The notes under the pieces were generated by a model, which was not told the origin of the DNA, ran no database searches, and worked only from the letters and a program-made list of their open reading frames with translations. 64,000 nucleotides of DNA from a virus. Lineage: Duplodnaviria > Heunggongvirae > Uroviricota > Caudoviricetes. Where the stretch lies: positions 64,001 to 128,000 of the IMG/VR virus record IMGVR_UViG_3300032731_000668, one strand, 5' to 3'. Position numbers and translations under genes: made by a program. Shown piece after piece: positions 47,843 to 58,622 of this stretch. Positions within the stretch are counted from its first letter, which is position 1; the number at the start of each line of letters is the position of its first letter.

Positions 47843-50791
47843 ATGAAATTTCCAATGACACAAAGTTTTCGATTAACACAAAGTTTTTTGGACAAGTATA
47901 AAAAAATAAAACCTAACTTTGGTTTTAATGGTCTTGGGGAATTCGTCTTCATGAGAACATATAGTCGAATAACAGAAACAGGCAAAAATGAAACATGGCA
48001 ACAGACCGTACAGAGAGTGGTTGAGGGAATTTATTCTATTCAAAGACAACATATTGAAGATTATAATCTAGGGTGGAATCAGACAAAATCTCAAAAATCT
48101 GCTCAAGAAATGTATGATAGAATTTTTAATTTTAAAATGCTTCCCTCTGGTCGTTCGCTCTGGGCAATGGGAACAAACATTATTAAAGAAAGAGGGCTGG
48201 CAGAAGCGCTATATTCATGTTGTTTCTTGACAACTGAAAATATCAATGAAAATCCTAGTAAACCATTCGCTAACGCAATGGATTTTCTTATGTGCGGAAT
48301 TGGAATTGGAGCTGACCTAAAAGGGGCGAACAAAATTGTTGTAAAACAACCACATGAAAAAACACATGAATTTATTGTTCCAGATAGCAGAGAAGGGTGG
48401 GTAGAATCAATAGAGTTGTTGATCGATTCTTTTTTTGTCGGAAAAAACTATGTTTTTGACTATAGTTTAATTCGTAAGGCTGGCGAACCAATTAGAACAT
48501 TTGGAGGAATTTCAGCAGGAAGCAAGCCATTAAGAGAACTGCACAAATCTATTTCGAAATTTCTTACAAAAAATATCGGTAAACCTATTACATCAAAAAT
48601 TATTGCAGACATTTTTAACGTTATTGGTAAAGCAGTAGTTTCTGGAAACATTAGAAGATCTGCCGAAATTCTTATTGGTAGTTACGAAGATAAAGAGTTT
48701 ATGGATTTAAAAAATTATAAAATTAATCCCGATAGACGATCTTATGGATGGTCAAGCAACAATTCAATCTATGCGGATATTGGAATGGATTATTCAGATA
48801 GTTCTAGTAGAACTATAAAAACTGGTGAACCAGGTTATATTTGGATAGAAAATGCCCGTAAATACTCACGTATAAGGGCGACTGAAGCAAATTATAAAGA
48901 CAAGAGGGCATCTGGATTAAATCCTTGTTTTGCCTATAGTTCAAGACTCCTAACCTCTGATGGATATAAAAAAATTGGTGACCTTGAAGGAAAATCTATT
49001 CAAATTTATGATAAAAATGGAGAAAAAGTAAAAGCCGAAATTATTAGCAGTGGCAATAAAGAAGTCATTGAACTAAAACTTTCTAATCGTCAAACCATTC
49101 AATGTACACCGAACCATATGTTCATGACACTCGAAGGCAAAAAAACTATGGCAAAGGATTTGAAAAATCAAAAGATTATGCCATATATTAGATCGAAAAC
49201 ATTAGATGATAAATTTATCTTATTGGGATTTATTCAGGGAGACGGAAATTTAACTCGTCTAAATTCCAAGACACATAAGGGTCTGGAAATAAACGTTGGA
49301 TTAAAAGATAAAGAAATTATTTTTCTGGCTGATAAATTAGGACTAAAATACACTCGCCCCCAAGAGGGAAGGACAATCTACGTTCAAGGATGGAATACCT
49401 ATCTCTTAAGTCTTGATTTTGATGCATCTACTTTGCCAAATAGAGAATTTCCTTCGTCATATAATAACTTTACAAAAAAAGAGAAGGCTTCGTTCTTGAA
49501 TGGTTGTTTTACCGCAAACGGATGTATTAATAACAAAGGAAGAATTACTTACAAAGCAACCAGCAACATTTTTATTAGCAAACTAAAAGAAACTTTAAAA
49601 AGAGATTTTGGCATTGATTCTTATATCACAACCAATAAACCCAAAATGACTAAATTTAAAAATGGAACATATCTTTGTAAAGAAAGCTATGATTTAAATA
49701 TTGCAAAATTTGAGCACAAACTACAGTTTTTCAACGAGATTGGGTTTTACCACAAATATAAAACAAATATACTGAAAAAACATTTATTGAAAAAGTGTCC
49801 TTACGTTAGAAGCATCAGACCTATTGGGGTTCAACCAGTTTATGATTTTTCAATGGAAAAAACACATTGGGGTGTAGTCAATGGATTTATTGCCCATAAC
49901 TGCGGAGAAATTACATTAGAGTCGGGAGAATTATGCAACCTTGTTGAAACTTTTCCAGACCACCATGAATCTTTAGATGACTATAAAATAACATTGAAAT
50001 ATGCCTACCTATATGCAAAATCGATTACGTTACTAAATACGCATTGGTCAGAAACTAACAGAGTAATGTTACGCAATAGAAGGATAGGGCTTTCAATGTC
50101 AGGGATTGCTCAGTTTGTTTCCTCAAGAGGATTGAACGAATTAAAGTTGTGGATGAAAGAGGGTTATGATACTGCAAAATATTACGACAAAATATATAGC
50201 GATTGGCTTGCTATTCCTGAGTCTATAAAAATAACAACCATAAAGCCGTCTGGAACAATCTCTCTTTTAGCGGGTGCAACCCCAGGCATTCATTTCCCAG
50301 AATCACAATATTATATAAGGCGAGTTAGGATCGCAAATAATTCCTCATTTATAAATGTACTCAAAAGGGCTGGACATAAAATAGAAAAGGTGATAGGACA
50401 AGAGGATACAACTAGTGTTGTTGAATTTCCTGTGTTTGTAGGAAAAAACATAAGATCCATCAACGATGTGTCTATGTGGGAACAATTGGGTCTCGCATCT
50501 TTCGTACAAAGAAACTGGTCTGATAATAGCGTCAGTGTTACAATTACATTTGGTAAGAAAGAAGAAAAAGATATTGCCAATGCTTTAAATATCTATCAGT
50601 TTCAATTAAAGGCTGTGTCTTTTTTACCAAAACTTAACAAAAATATTTATCCCCAAATGCCTTATGAAGCCATTACAGAAGAAGAATATAATACAATGGC
50701 TAAGAAATTAAAGCCTTTAAGATTCTCAAAAATGGAATCTACAAGAGCAATAGGCGAAAAATATTGCACTAATGATACATGTGAACTTTAA
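47843..50791 (+). CDS. nrdJ: Class II (B12-dependent) ribonucleotide reductase, intein-containing
   Basis: RTYSR, PSGRSLW, GNIRRSA, GLNP|CGEI.LES.ELCNL, RRIGL, TTIKPSGT; no NrdB partner nearby. Confidence 0.92.
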   Translation: MKFPMTQSFRLTQSFLDKYKKIKPNFGFNGLGEFVFMRTYSRITETGKNETWQQTVQRVVEGIYSIQRQHIEDYNLGWNQTKSQKSAQEMYDRIFNFKMLPSGRSLWAMGTNIIKERGLAEALYSCCFLTTENINENPSKPFANAMDFLMCGIGIGADLKGANKIVVKQPHEKTHEFIVPDSREGWVESIELLIDSFFVGKNYVFDYSLIRKAGEPIRTFGGISAGSKPLRELHKSISKFLTKNIGKPITSKIIADIFNVIGKAVVSGNIRRSAEILIGSYEDKEFMDLKNYKINPDRRSYGWSSNNSIYADIGMDYSDSSSRTIKTGEPGYIWIENARKYSRIRATEANYKDKRASGLNPCFAYSSRLLTSDGYKKIGDLEGKSIQIYDKNGEKVKAEIISSGNKEVIELKLSNRQTIQCTPNHMFMTLEGKKTMAKDLKNQKIMPYIRSKTLDDKFILLGFIQGDGNLTRLNSKTHKGLEINVGLKDKEIIFLADKLGLKYTRPQEGRTIYVQGWNTYLLSLDFDASTLPNREFPSSYNNFTKKEKASFLNGCFTANGCINNKGRITYKATSNIFISKLKETLKRDFGIDSYITTNKPKMTKFKNGTYLCKESYDLNIAKFEHKLQFFNEIGFYHKYKTNILKKHLLKKCPYVRSIRPIGVQPVYDFSMEKTHWGVVNGFIAHNCGEITLESGELCNLVETFPDHHESLDDYKITLKYAYLYAKSITLLNTHWSETNRVMLRNRRIGLSMSGIAQFVSSRGLNELKLWMKEGYDTAKYYDKIYSDWLAIPESIKITTIKPSGTISLLAGATPGIHFPESQYYIRRVRIANNSSFINVLKRAGHKIEKVIGQEDTTSVVEFPVFVGKNIRSINDVSMWEQLGLASFVQRNWSDNSVSVTITFGKKEEKDIANALNIYQFQLKAVSFLPKLNKNIYPQMPYEAITEEEYNTMAKKLKPLRFSKMESTRAIGEKYCTNDTCEL
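48926..49900 (+). mobile_element. Intein (325 aa) in NrdJ with LAGLIDADG endonuclease
   Basis: CFAYSSRLLT after NP; ends FIAHN before CGE; LLGFIQGDG and FLNGCFTANG blocks. Confidence 0.93.
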
Positions 50792-50819
50792 TAAACAATA
50801 AAATTAAGGAATCAATACA

Positions 50820-51173
50820 ATGAAACTAAACGAATATGTAAAATGGACAGGAAATACTTGCGCTAAATTAGAATCAAAATTTATGGACGACATTCATATG
50901 ATATTTGGAATGTCTACAGAAATAGGGGAATTGCAAGATGTATATAAAAAACATATTGCATACAAAAAAAATATTGACTGGATAAATGTTGAAGAAGAAA
51001 TAGGTGATATTATGTTTTATCTTGCTTCTTTTTGTCGTATAAATAATTTTGATCTAGAAGAAATACTTGAAACAAATGTTAAAAAATTAGAATCAAGATA
51101 CCCAGATAAATTTACGGAATATCATGCTTTAAACAGAGATCTTTCGAAAGAAAGAGAAATATTAGAAAAATAA
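50820..51173 (+). CDS. MazG-like NTP pyrophosphohydrolase
   Basis: GMSTEIGELQD..KK; EEEIGDIMFY; N.KKL..RYP. Confidence 0.87.
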   Translation: MKLNEYVKWTGNTCAKLESKFMDDIHMIFGMSTEIGELQDVYKKHIAYKKNIDWINVEEEIGDIMFYLASFCRINNFDLEEILETNVKKLESRYPDKFTEYHALNRDLSKEREILEK

Positions 51174-51186
51174 AAAATCGTAAAAA

Positions 51187-51206
51187 AAAGCCCCCGAAGG
51201 GGCTTT
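51187..51206. terminator. Bidirectional terminator between the convergent arms
   Basis: AAAGCCCC-cgaa-GGGGCTTT. Confidence 0.88.
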
Positions 51207-51224
51207 ATAATTTGTTTTTAAATT

Positions 51225-51566
51225 TTATCCAAGAAATACATTCGCCAATAATCCTAAACCAGTTAAAACATTCATAATGATGGCAATTTTTACTTCTTTA
51301 GCAATATCTTTGCGTTCAAGGTGTTCATCCCACATTGTATCATTTTGAGATTTTATTCCTTTTTTACCATTTCCATTGATATCGGTATCAAGTTCATTGA
51401 CTCTTTTAAAGTCAATTTTTCTATAAGCATGAATTTCGCGCATTTCTGATTTTATTTCATTCATGGCCTTTATTAGGTTTAAGTTAGTTTCATTTAATGT
51501 TTTTGTGAACTTAGAATCTTGTTCGTGTATTGCCTTCATTAGCTGGGTGTTAGTTATTCCTGCCAT
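51225..51566 (-). CDS. Small coiled-coil protein with C-terminal TM helix (lysis-associated, holin/XhlA-like)
   Basis: Directly downstream of the endolysin; IAIIMNVLTGLGLLANVFLG. Confidence 0.5.
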   Translation of the reverse strand: MAGITNTQLMKAIHEQDSKFTKTLNETNLNLIKAMNEIKSEMREIHAYRKIDFKRVNELDTDINGNGKKGIKSQNDTMWDEHLERKDIAKEVKIAIIMNVLTGLGLLANVFLG

Positions 51567-52460
51567 TTATATTCTCTCCTTTATGTATTTGGTGTTGGCA
51601 GATACATATACAATTCTTTCAGGAATTTTTATTGGCTGCCAGGTGATCCCACTGGCCTTTTCATATTTTGTTTCTCCTGCCTTTTCATAAATTTCGCCAT
51701 CACGAGTAATAACTGAATGTGTTCGTGATTCAAATATCGGTTCTGAACGTCCCCATAATTGATTTACTAATATTTCAACGCGAGTTTTTTCGATTGGGTC
51801 TGGGGGAGTTGGAATAGTATTTTCATCGCCTATATAATCAAATAATTCTTGATTGGTGCCATTAAATCTGTTTAAGTCAAGGTTCTTTCCAGCAGATCCG
51901 TATTTTAATCCATCGCCATTTTCTGTAAATTGCCAGAATGTATAAGGAACATTATTATTTATCCACACAGAAGGCATAGATGGTTTTGATGCAAGTGTGT
52001 AGTTAGCAACCCATAAATCATATTTTAATGCCCAAGTTTGATTGACACTATTGACTAAACCATTCCAATATCCTTGAGAAGTATAAATGATTATCTTTGT
52101 TTCTGGTAATAATCGTTCTATCTCTTTTATAAATGCTTGTAATTCTGAGAATGTAGGTTTACCATAATTTGCTGTGTTTTCAAAATCAACAACTATCGGA
52201 AGTTCGCCAATATCGTGTTTTACTCTATCGACAAAAACTTTTGCGGTTTTAACTTGGTTGAATCCATGTATGACCCAGCCATACGCACCCCTTGCTATAC
52301 CGGCTTTTTTTGCTTCAATCCAGTTTCGTTCAAATTGTTTGTCGTGCGTGTAACCAAATACGGCTCTCATAAAAGCGTATATTACATTTTCTGATTTAGC
52401 TTTGTCCCAATTAAATATTCCATTGTGGTGAGATACATCTATTCCACTCGTTCCATTCAT
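51567..52460 (-). CDS. GH25 muramidase endolysin
   Basis: GIDVSHHNG, RGAYGW, PIVVDFE, IIIYTS..YW, LWVANY, TFWQF, DLNRFNG. Confidence 0.92.
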   Translation of the reverse strand: MNGTSGIDVSHHNGIFNWDKAKSENVIYAFMRAVFGYTHDKQFERNWIEAKKAGIARGAYGWVIHGFNQVKTAKVFVDRVKHDIGELPIVVDFENTANYGKPTFSELQAFIKEIERLLPETKIIIYTSQGYWNGLVNSVNQTWALKYDLWVANYTLASKPSMPSVWINNNVPYTFWQFTENGDGLKYGSAGKNLDLNRFNGTNQELFDYIGDENTIPTPPDPIEKTRVEILVNQLWGRSEPIFESRTHSVITRDGEIYEKAGETKYEKASGITWQPIKIPERIVYVSANTKYIKERI

Positions 52461-52572
52461 TGATTACCTCCTATTTATTTTTATATTTTCCCTAGTTATG
52501 CAAAACACATAGATAGGAGTCGTTATTCATTTAAAACCACATAAAACAAACATTTTATTGGGTTCTTAATAT

Positions 52573-54267
52573 CTATGTGGCAAGAGCAATTGCCATCACT
52601 TGACTATATTCAACAGTTGCGGTATCCGTACTATAGGCATAAGCCTGCATTTTTACAACAACGTCTCCCGCACTACAATCCCTTATAGCAAACGCCGTAC
52701 CACTACTGAATAAAATAGTGTTTAGAATTTGCGGGGGGGCACTGCCGTCTATGTTTACACCTATAAATGCGTTCCAGCCACCGCTTGACTTGAAACCACC
52801 AGAAGCTATCCCTATTACTACACCGGCCTTAGCCAAGGTCAGTGTAACTGTTGCGGATGTCACATCTTGCCATGACGCCGTAGCAGATGAAGTAAAATTA
52901 GTTCCAGTTGCTCGCGCCCAATCTAAAACAATTGAACTGCCACCAGTTCCACTTACGGCAGACATAATATGTCCCAAAGCATCGACTTCTATGTTAGCAT
53001 TAGTAAAAGAGCCAGCAGTAACCGCACTAACATTATGTTTTACAGTAGACCCAGTTGTATCTGACATTACACCAGAACCTTCTATAGTTGCAAGGCCGCT
53101 AACAAAACTACCCTCCGTTATACGACCATATACGTCTACTTCAACTTGATTATAGCTTCCTGACGCTATTCCTGTTTCACTTAAACCCAATGATCCCGAA
53201 ACCACAGAAAGCATGCTTCCTGAATTGATAAATGACCCAGAAATATTGGTCTCGGAAGACACAATTATTCCTGAATCTATGGCGCTTCCGTCGCTATATC
53301 GAAGTAAATTGTTTTCCGTTCCCAAAGAATCAACATAAGAACCTGAAATTCTACTGCCAGAAGATACAACTACTCCCGAATCCGTTGCGCTTCCATTGAC
53401 GTGTCGAAGCAAGTTATTCTCACTACCTAAAGATGCGATATATGAACCTGAAATTCTACTTCCCGAAGAAACAATTACGCCTGAATCTACGGCGCTTCCG
53501 CTAAAGTGTCTCAATAAATTGTCGTCCGTTCCTTGAGTGGCAACATAAGAACCCGAAATTCTACTTCCAGACGATACAACTATTCCCGAATCTATTGCGC
53601 TTCCACCAAAATGTCTCAACAAATTGTCATCACTTCCTTGGGCATCAATATAAGAAGCGGATATTTTATTATTTGCTAAAAATTCAACATAAGAACCTGA
53701 AATTCTACTGCCAGAAGATACAGAAACACCAGAATCTATAAGAACTTTACAGCCACTAACCATACTTAAGTTGTTTGCGGTTCCCAAAATACTTACTTGA
53801 TCTGCAACTGTCGCACCAATTAAAGTAAATGACGTTCCATTATATTTGAAAAAATACTCTCTGTTTTTTTTTAGATCGCCTGCTTCTAATACTACTAAAT
53901 CCCCATTATCATCTATTTTGTTAAGTGCTTTAGATGCCAATGCATTGATGCGAAGGTTTACTTCTCCGTCATTCTCAACATCCAGTCGTAAAGATAATAC
54001 TTGATTTGTTTCATATGCCGAAATAGTAGAAACAGTTGCTCCATAATTATTTGAGCTAGCATATGAACCCGTAGTATTATAAATCGGCTGCTCCGCCATT
54101 AAATCTACAATAGAACCGTTTGCTAAATACGCAAAATCATCTATAAGTTGCATATTTGAACTAGAAACAGAACCAGCTATATCTGTACGAAAATCCAAGA
54201 ATAAAGCAGATGCATCTGTGACATTACTATATGTTATTAAATCCAAAAAAGATGTTGTGCCTGTCAT
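52573..54267 (-). CDS. Tail fibre-like protein with 35-aa Ser/Gly repeats
   Basis: Late-operon position; about 4 copies of NLLR..GSA.DSG..VSSGSRISGSY. Confidence 0.75.
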   Translation of the reverse strand: MTGTTSFLDLITYSNVTDASALFLDFRTDIAGSVSSSNMQLIDDFAYLANGSIVDLMAEQPIYNTTGSYASSNNYGATVSTISAYETNQVLSLRLDVENDGEVNLRINALASKALNKIDDNGDLVVLEAGDLKKNREYFFKYNGTSFTLIGATVADQVSILGTANNLSMVSGCKVLIDSGVSVSSGSRISGSYVEFLANNKISASYIDAQGSDDNLLRHFGGSAIDSGIVVSSGSRISGSYVATQGTDDNLLRHFSGSAVDSGVIVSSGSRISGSYIASLGSENNLLRHVNGSATDSGVVVSSGSRISGSYVDSLGTENNLLRYSDGSAIDSGIIVSSETNISGSFINSGSMLSVVSGSLGLSETGIASGSYNQVEVDVYGRITEGSFVSGLATIEGSGVMSDTTGSTVKHNVSAVTAGSFTNANIEVDALGHIMSAVSGTGGSSIVLDWARATGTNFTSSATASWQDVTSATVTLTLAKAGVVIGIASGGFKSSGGWNAFIGVNIDGSAPPQILNTILFSSGTAFAIRDCSAGDVVVKMQAYAYSTDTATVEYSQVMAIALAT

Positions 54268-54301
54268 ATTTTATTTTCCTTTTTTATATAATTTCTTAAT
54301 A

Positions 54302-54868
54302 TCATGATGCAGTATAATCTAAGGCAGTCAACGTTTGTCCATCCATTTCCCATAGTTCATCTGGATCATAGACCCATAAAGGATAGAACGTGCCTGTGCT
54401 CATAATAATATCAATAATAGCGATTTTTGGAACCGCAATAGTGACATTACCTAAACTCCATTCCATTATTGCGGTTGCTACAATCTTGATTCTTTTTAAG
54501 GTAATTTCTATTGGGAGACCTAAAGTTTGTTGCATTATAGCACTAATCAAAATTCTTTTAAGTTTAATTTCTGAAACAAATTTTTGTGTTAATGAAGACA
54601 GGGCAGTTATAAATATTCTTTTTAATTTTATCGTTGACGTTAATGCAATTGAACACGTCATTGTAAAAACAACTGTAATACCCTGAACTATTCTTGCTAA
54701 CCAAGAAGTTAATGTTGACGCACCATCTATAATAATATCAAATAAATTCCATTTGCTTATAGTAGATGAAAAACTATGGCTATCGGATAAATCGGACGGT
54801 GTTCCCGTGGTAAGATCAAAAGTTCGTTCTTCTACAATATTTATATCGAAATCATGTTCATTAGCCAT
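54302..54868 (-). CDS. Hypothetical virion protein
   Basis: Late-operon ORF. Confidence 0.6.
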   Translation of the reverse strand: MANEHDFDINIVEERTFDLTTGTPSDLSDSHSFSSTISKWNLFDIIIDGASTLTSWLARIVQGITVVFTMTCSIALTSTIKLKRIFITALSSLTQKFVSEIKLKRILISAIMQQTLGLPIEITLKRIKIVATAIMEWSLGNVTIAVPKIAIIDIIMSTGTFYPLWVYDPDELWEMDGQTLTALDYTAS

Positions 54869-54878
54869 ATTGTCACAC

Positions 54879-55286
54879 CTATACGTTTGTCATAGAAAAA
54901 GTCATTGCGGATGCCGCAAAGACAACGGTTGTTGCTGTTTGAACAGTTTTAGATGCAGGCAATGCTTCAAAAAAATAGATGTTTCCGCCTGAAAGAGCAT
55001 CGGCTAGAAATACATAGGTGATGGTTCCCCAAGCATCAGTACTTTCGGTAAAAGATATGTTTATATCATTTGTCAATTCGCCCGAAGCGGCGGTTGTAAA
55101 AGTAGTTTTATTGTTTGTAATGGCCACCCTTGCATATGAGCCTCCTGATGGCTCTGTTTCGCCTGTTCCATCGATAAGTACAGTTGTTGTGGATAAACCC
55201 ACATAATAAGTACCTGGTGGTGTATTTGCCGTAGCCCCCAAATTATTGTCAAGAATTTTATTGGCAGAAATATAACAAACAGACAT
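54879..55286 (-). CDS. Conserved phage tail(-fibre)-associated protein
   Basis: EPSGGSYARVAI..F..A..N...I.F..ST..WGTITY..L.DA..GGN pattern. Confidence 0.7.
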   Translation of the reverse strand: MSVCYISANKILDNNLGATANTPPGTYYVGLSTTTVLIDGTGETEPSGGSYARVAITNNKTTFTTAASGELTNDINISFTESTDAWGTITYVFLADALSGGNIYFFEALPASKTVQTATTVVFAASAMTFSMTNV

Positions 55287-55318
55287 AACAACCTCCTAAA
55301 AATTTATAGTTAATATAA

Positions 55319-55681
55319 TTAAACAGTAGCATTTCTACCCGTAATTAAAACAATACCTTGTGATGGTCTATATTCTTTTCCAGCAATATCAACCACGACA
55401 GGTTGCATAGTGTATTTTCCACTTAATGTTTGAGTGCTAGAACCAGTTAAAGTGGCAGTAAAAGTATTTGATGTAGCCAACGCAACACTTCCAGTAATAG
55501 TCATTGCAGCATAATTGTTTTGCCCATAAGGACTAAATACGACTGTACAAGTCGCGGTGGTTAAATCAACTTCAGATCCCGTAGAATCAACTACCGTGAA
55601 ACTCAATGATTGTTCGTTGCCCCCAATAAACGAAAAAGAGTCAAGATCATTTATCACTAAAGTTGAAAAATTATCTGCCAT
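55319..55681 (-). CDS. Baseplate upper (BppU N-terminal-like) protein
   Basis: Position; L.FTV.D..G..VDLT pattern. Confidence 0.5.
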   Translation of the reverse strand: MADNFSTLVINDLDSFSFIGGNEQSLSFTVVDSTGSEVDLTTATCTVVFSPYGQNNYAAMTITGSVALATSNTFTATLTGSSTQTLSGKYTMQPVVVDIAGKEYRPSQGIVLITGRNATV

Positions 55682-55939
55682 TTTATTCTTTCTCCTTTTC
55701 CTTGTTTATTGGAAGATTGCTTATTTTTACTTTATCATCTGTCTCTTTCATGCTTTCTCGAAATTTCTGCAAGAGGGAGGCTATATTAGTTATAGTAATA
55801 TGGTTTTGTAATCCTTTAACTTCTATCTGATTCAATAATTCAAAAGCTTGTTCTAAATAACTTATTGATTCATTTTCTATTTTATACATTTTCTCTCCGT
55901 TTTTTTATTTTTATCTAGTTTAAATAGTATATAATTTTA

Positions 55940-58594
55940 TTATGTATAGTTTGTTAATATTCCATTTGTAAAGGTTAAAACCCTTGTTCCATAAGGTGTT
56001 TCAACACTATAACCGATAGATTTTCCAAGATATCCATTGGTATAAAGCGAACCTTGTAGTCTTACATTAGACGGATAAATTATAATATTCGGAGAACCAC
56101 CTGCATACAAAGCCAGAGAGTTATTGCCCTTTATCCACGGATTACCAAGCACGGTCGTTCCCATAGAAGCTCCAGCCCAGGCAATAGTACTACCATAAAT
56201 AGTTCCTGCGGTAACTTTATTCGCACTTATATCGGCGATTTGGCTATTTACTACTTGCCCGTTTAGATTAGCCGCATAGATATTACCAGAAAAAGTACCA
56301 CTTGCAGCACTAATATCGCCTGAAAAAGTTCCTGTAGCTGCACTCAACGAACCCGCAAAAGTTCCAGTCGCTGCACTTAATGCGCCAGAAAAAGTTCCTG
56401 TAGCACCACTTAATTGTCCTTTAAAAATTACATTCCCAGCGCTATCTGCATAAAATTTATCTACCCAAGATGCATCCACCAATGATTGAACCTTAATTCC
56501 ATTTGTTGGGTCTAATAATATTTTTGTATTGCCATTTGTGGTTGTTAACGTCATAGTTGCATTAGTTAATGTTGCTCCTGAACCATCTACTGAAAACGTA
56601 CTGTCTTCGTTAGTGATGAGAAGGTCATTAGATGCAATCATATTTCCGACGATTACATTTGCAACCAGACCCCATGCAGAACCAGTTACAGTTGAAATTT
56701 GCCCTAATGCTAAACTTGAAGTATCCCAATTATCTTGAGTAAAGGCAATTATGCCATTATTCATCCATATTTGTTTAGGATCATAGGTTCCACCATCTAA
56801 CATTTGTCTGACACGAATTCCGTTAGAATCTATTAGTACGTTTTGAGAACTGCCACTAACAACATTATTAGTAGCAGTATCTAAAGCAGAATCAATAAAC
56901 GTACTAACATCATCTTTATAATTCGTATTCCAACTACCCCATTGTTCTGAATTAAAAGATGTATTTATAGAAGAACTAACTGTTTGTTCAAATAAATCTG
57001 AAAATTGAAATGAACTATCATCTAATCTTAAACGATTACTAAATATTAATGAAAAATCTGATGGATCTTCATAATTAATATCCATTCCTAATAATACAGG
57101 ATAAATATATGTACCTGTATCTAATTCTAATGTAATGATTGCACCTAAAGATAACTGATCGATGAAAGTCTGAAATTCTGAAAGCATAGTAAAGTTTACG
57201 GCATTAACTTGGAACTCATATCTAGGCTGCGAAACTTTTGCTAATACTTCTAATGCTTGATCATATAATTCCTGTGCTTCTGCTTGAATTTCTGCATTAG
57301 TCATTAAATCTGTTTGGATGAAATTATCATTTTGATACGTACTACCAAAAGTGAAGTTAGATAATTCTGTTAATTGACTGCCACTAAAATTACTATCAAA
57401 ACTACAAAGTGTATTTATTGATTCAAGACTGGTCGTTGTAGTAGTTATTGAGCCACTAGTTGTTGTGATTAATGCTTCTTGTACGGTTATTTCTGCTTCT
57501 TTGGCTACTATCAAAACATTTATTGCCGTTAGACTCAATCCTTGTTGAATTTGGGCGCTTTTTACTGCTTCTAACGCAGATAATTCGCCTTGTAAATCGG
57601 TTAAATCTGATTCTTCTGTGATTAATGTTTCATTATAATCAAGTAAATCTGTTAATAAATTTGCATAACCTGTTTGATTATTATCAACTACTATCTCCCA
57701 ATTTTCAATATCTGTTAATAATGATTGTGTCATCCATGCAGTACTTTTGAAATAAGAGAAATCGTACAAAACATCATTTCCCAAAGGATTAACTTGGTTG
57801 ATACTTAAATCGCCACCGCCATAAACGTTAAGAGCAGTTACTAATTCATCTGAAATTTCTGTAATATTAACTTCTTCCAACAGGTTGTCGAAACTCATGT
57901 AAATATCGGTCGAAGAAGTTGCGCCAGAAACGGTATAAGCATTGATTTCTTGTGTAAGGTAATTAAAGTCGAAAACCGCCTGAAACGCTTCAGATGCATC
58001 GTTTACAAGAAAGGCATATATGGTAGAATCCGAAATATCAAAATTTCTATATAGGGTCATTAATTCAGCATCCACTGTGCCAATCGACCATCCAGGGAGA
58101 TACGTCAGGATTGTGTTAAGAAGTGTATCTTCCGGCGAGATTAAATCGTAGAATTGATATGTGCCTGAAAAATTTGAAAGCTTCTTAAAGGTTAACTGTA
58201 CTTCTAATGATTGAGCAACAACTGTCTTTAAATTTGTGATTCCATCATTAAATTCATCAACTTCCGTGATCATAAAATAACCTATGTCTGGAAGAAAAAT
58301 AATACGCTTAGTGACCAAATAATCGTAATACTCACAATCTGTTGAAACAACATCTGCTACTTGGAAAGCAGTCGTTTGGAAGGCATTTTCTTGAAATCCC
58401 AAAATTTCGCCAGTAATTGGCGAAACAAAAGTTTTAGACGGAGCGGTAAAAGATATTTCTGATAAGGCATTATAACGAGGGCAATATTTTTTGTCGAAGA
58501 TACTGCCGAGCGCATAAAGTTGTTCTTTGTTCGGGTTACAGAGAACAAATGTAGGTGTTTCCGCGATTCCGTGAAAATCGAAATTTACGATCAT
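55940..58594 (-). CDS. Minor tail / tail-tip protein (phage tail endopeptidase-like with coiled coil)
   Basis: 884 aa downstream of Dit; TALNVYGG, coiled coil, GAW.LVA..IVG. Confidence 0.75.
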   Translation of the reverse strand: MIVNFDFHGIAETPTFVLCNPNKEQLYALGSIFDKKYCPRYNALSEISFTAPSKTFVSPITGEILGFQENAFQTTAFQVADVVSTDCEYYDYLVTKRIIFLPDIGYFMITEVDEFNDGITNLKTVVAQSLEVQLTFKKLSNFSGTYQFYDLISPEDTLLNTILTYLPGWSIGTVDAELMTLYRNFDISDSTIYAFLVNDASEAFQAVFDFNYLTQEINAYTVSGATSSTDIYMSFDNLLEEVNITEISDELVTALNVYGGGDLSINQVNPLGNDVLYDFSYFKSTAWMTQSLLTDIENWEIVVDNNQTGYANLLTDLLDYNETLITEESDLTDLQGELSALEAVKSAQIQQGLSLTAINVLIVAKEAEITVQEALITTTSGSITTTTTSLESINTLCSFDSNFSGSQLTELSNFTFGSTYQNDNFIQTDLMTNAEIQAEAQELYDQALEVLAKVSQPRYEFQVNAVNFTMLSEFQTFIDQLSLGAIITLELDTGTYIYPVLLGMDINYEDPSDFSLIFSNRLRLDDSSFQFSDLFEQTVSSSINTSFNSEQWGSWNTNYKDDVSTFIDSALDTATNNVVSGSSQNVLIDSNGIRVRQMLDGGTYDPKQIWMNNGIIAFTQDNWDTSSLALGQISTVTGSAWGLVANVIVGNMIASNDLLITNEDSTFSVDGSGATLTNATMTLTTTNGNTKILLDPTNGIKVQSLVDASWVDKFYADSAGNVIFKGQLSGATGTFSGALSAATGTFAGSLSAATGTFSGDISAASGTFSGNIYAANLNGQVVNSQIADISANKVTAGTIYGSTIAWAGASMGTTVLGNPWIKGNNSLALYAGGSPNIIIYPSNVRLQGSLYTNGYLGKSIGYSVETPYGTRVLTFTNGILTNYT

Positions 58595-58622
58595 TTATCC
58601 TCCTTATTATTATATTGTATTT

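Noticed and set aside
36360-50791. Group I/II introns in dnaE or nrdJ
   Set aside because: Reading frames are continuous; the only insertion seen is the NrdJ intein, with clear splice-junction residues.
54280-55940. AATTATAT as a late-promoter motif on the minus strand (near 54290, 55315, 55930)
   Set aside because: Too short and AT-rich to distinguish from background without TSS data.
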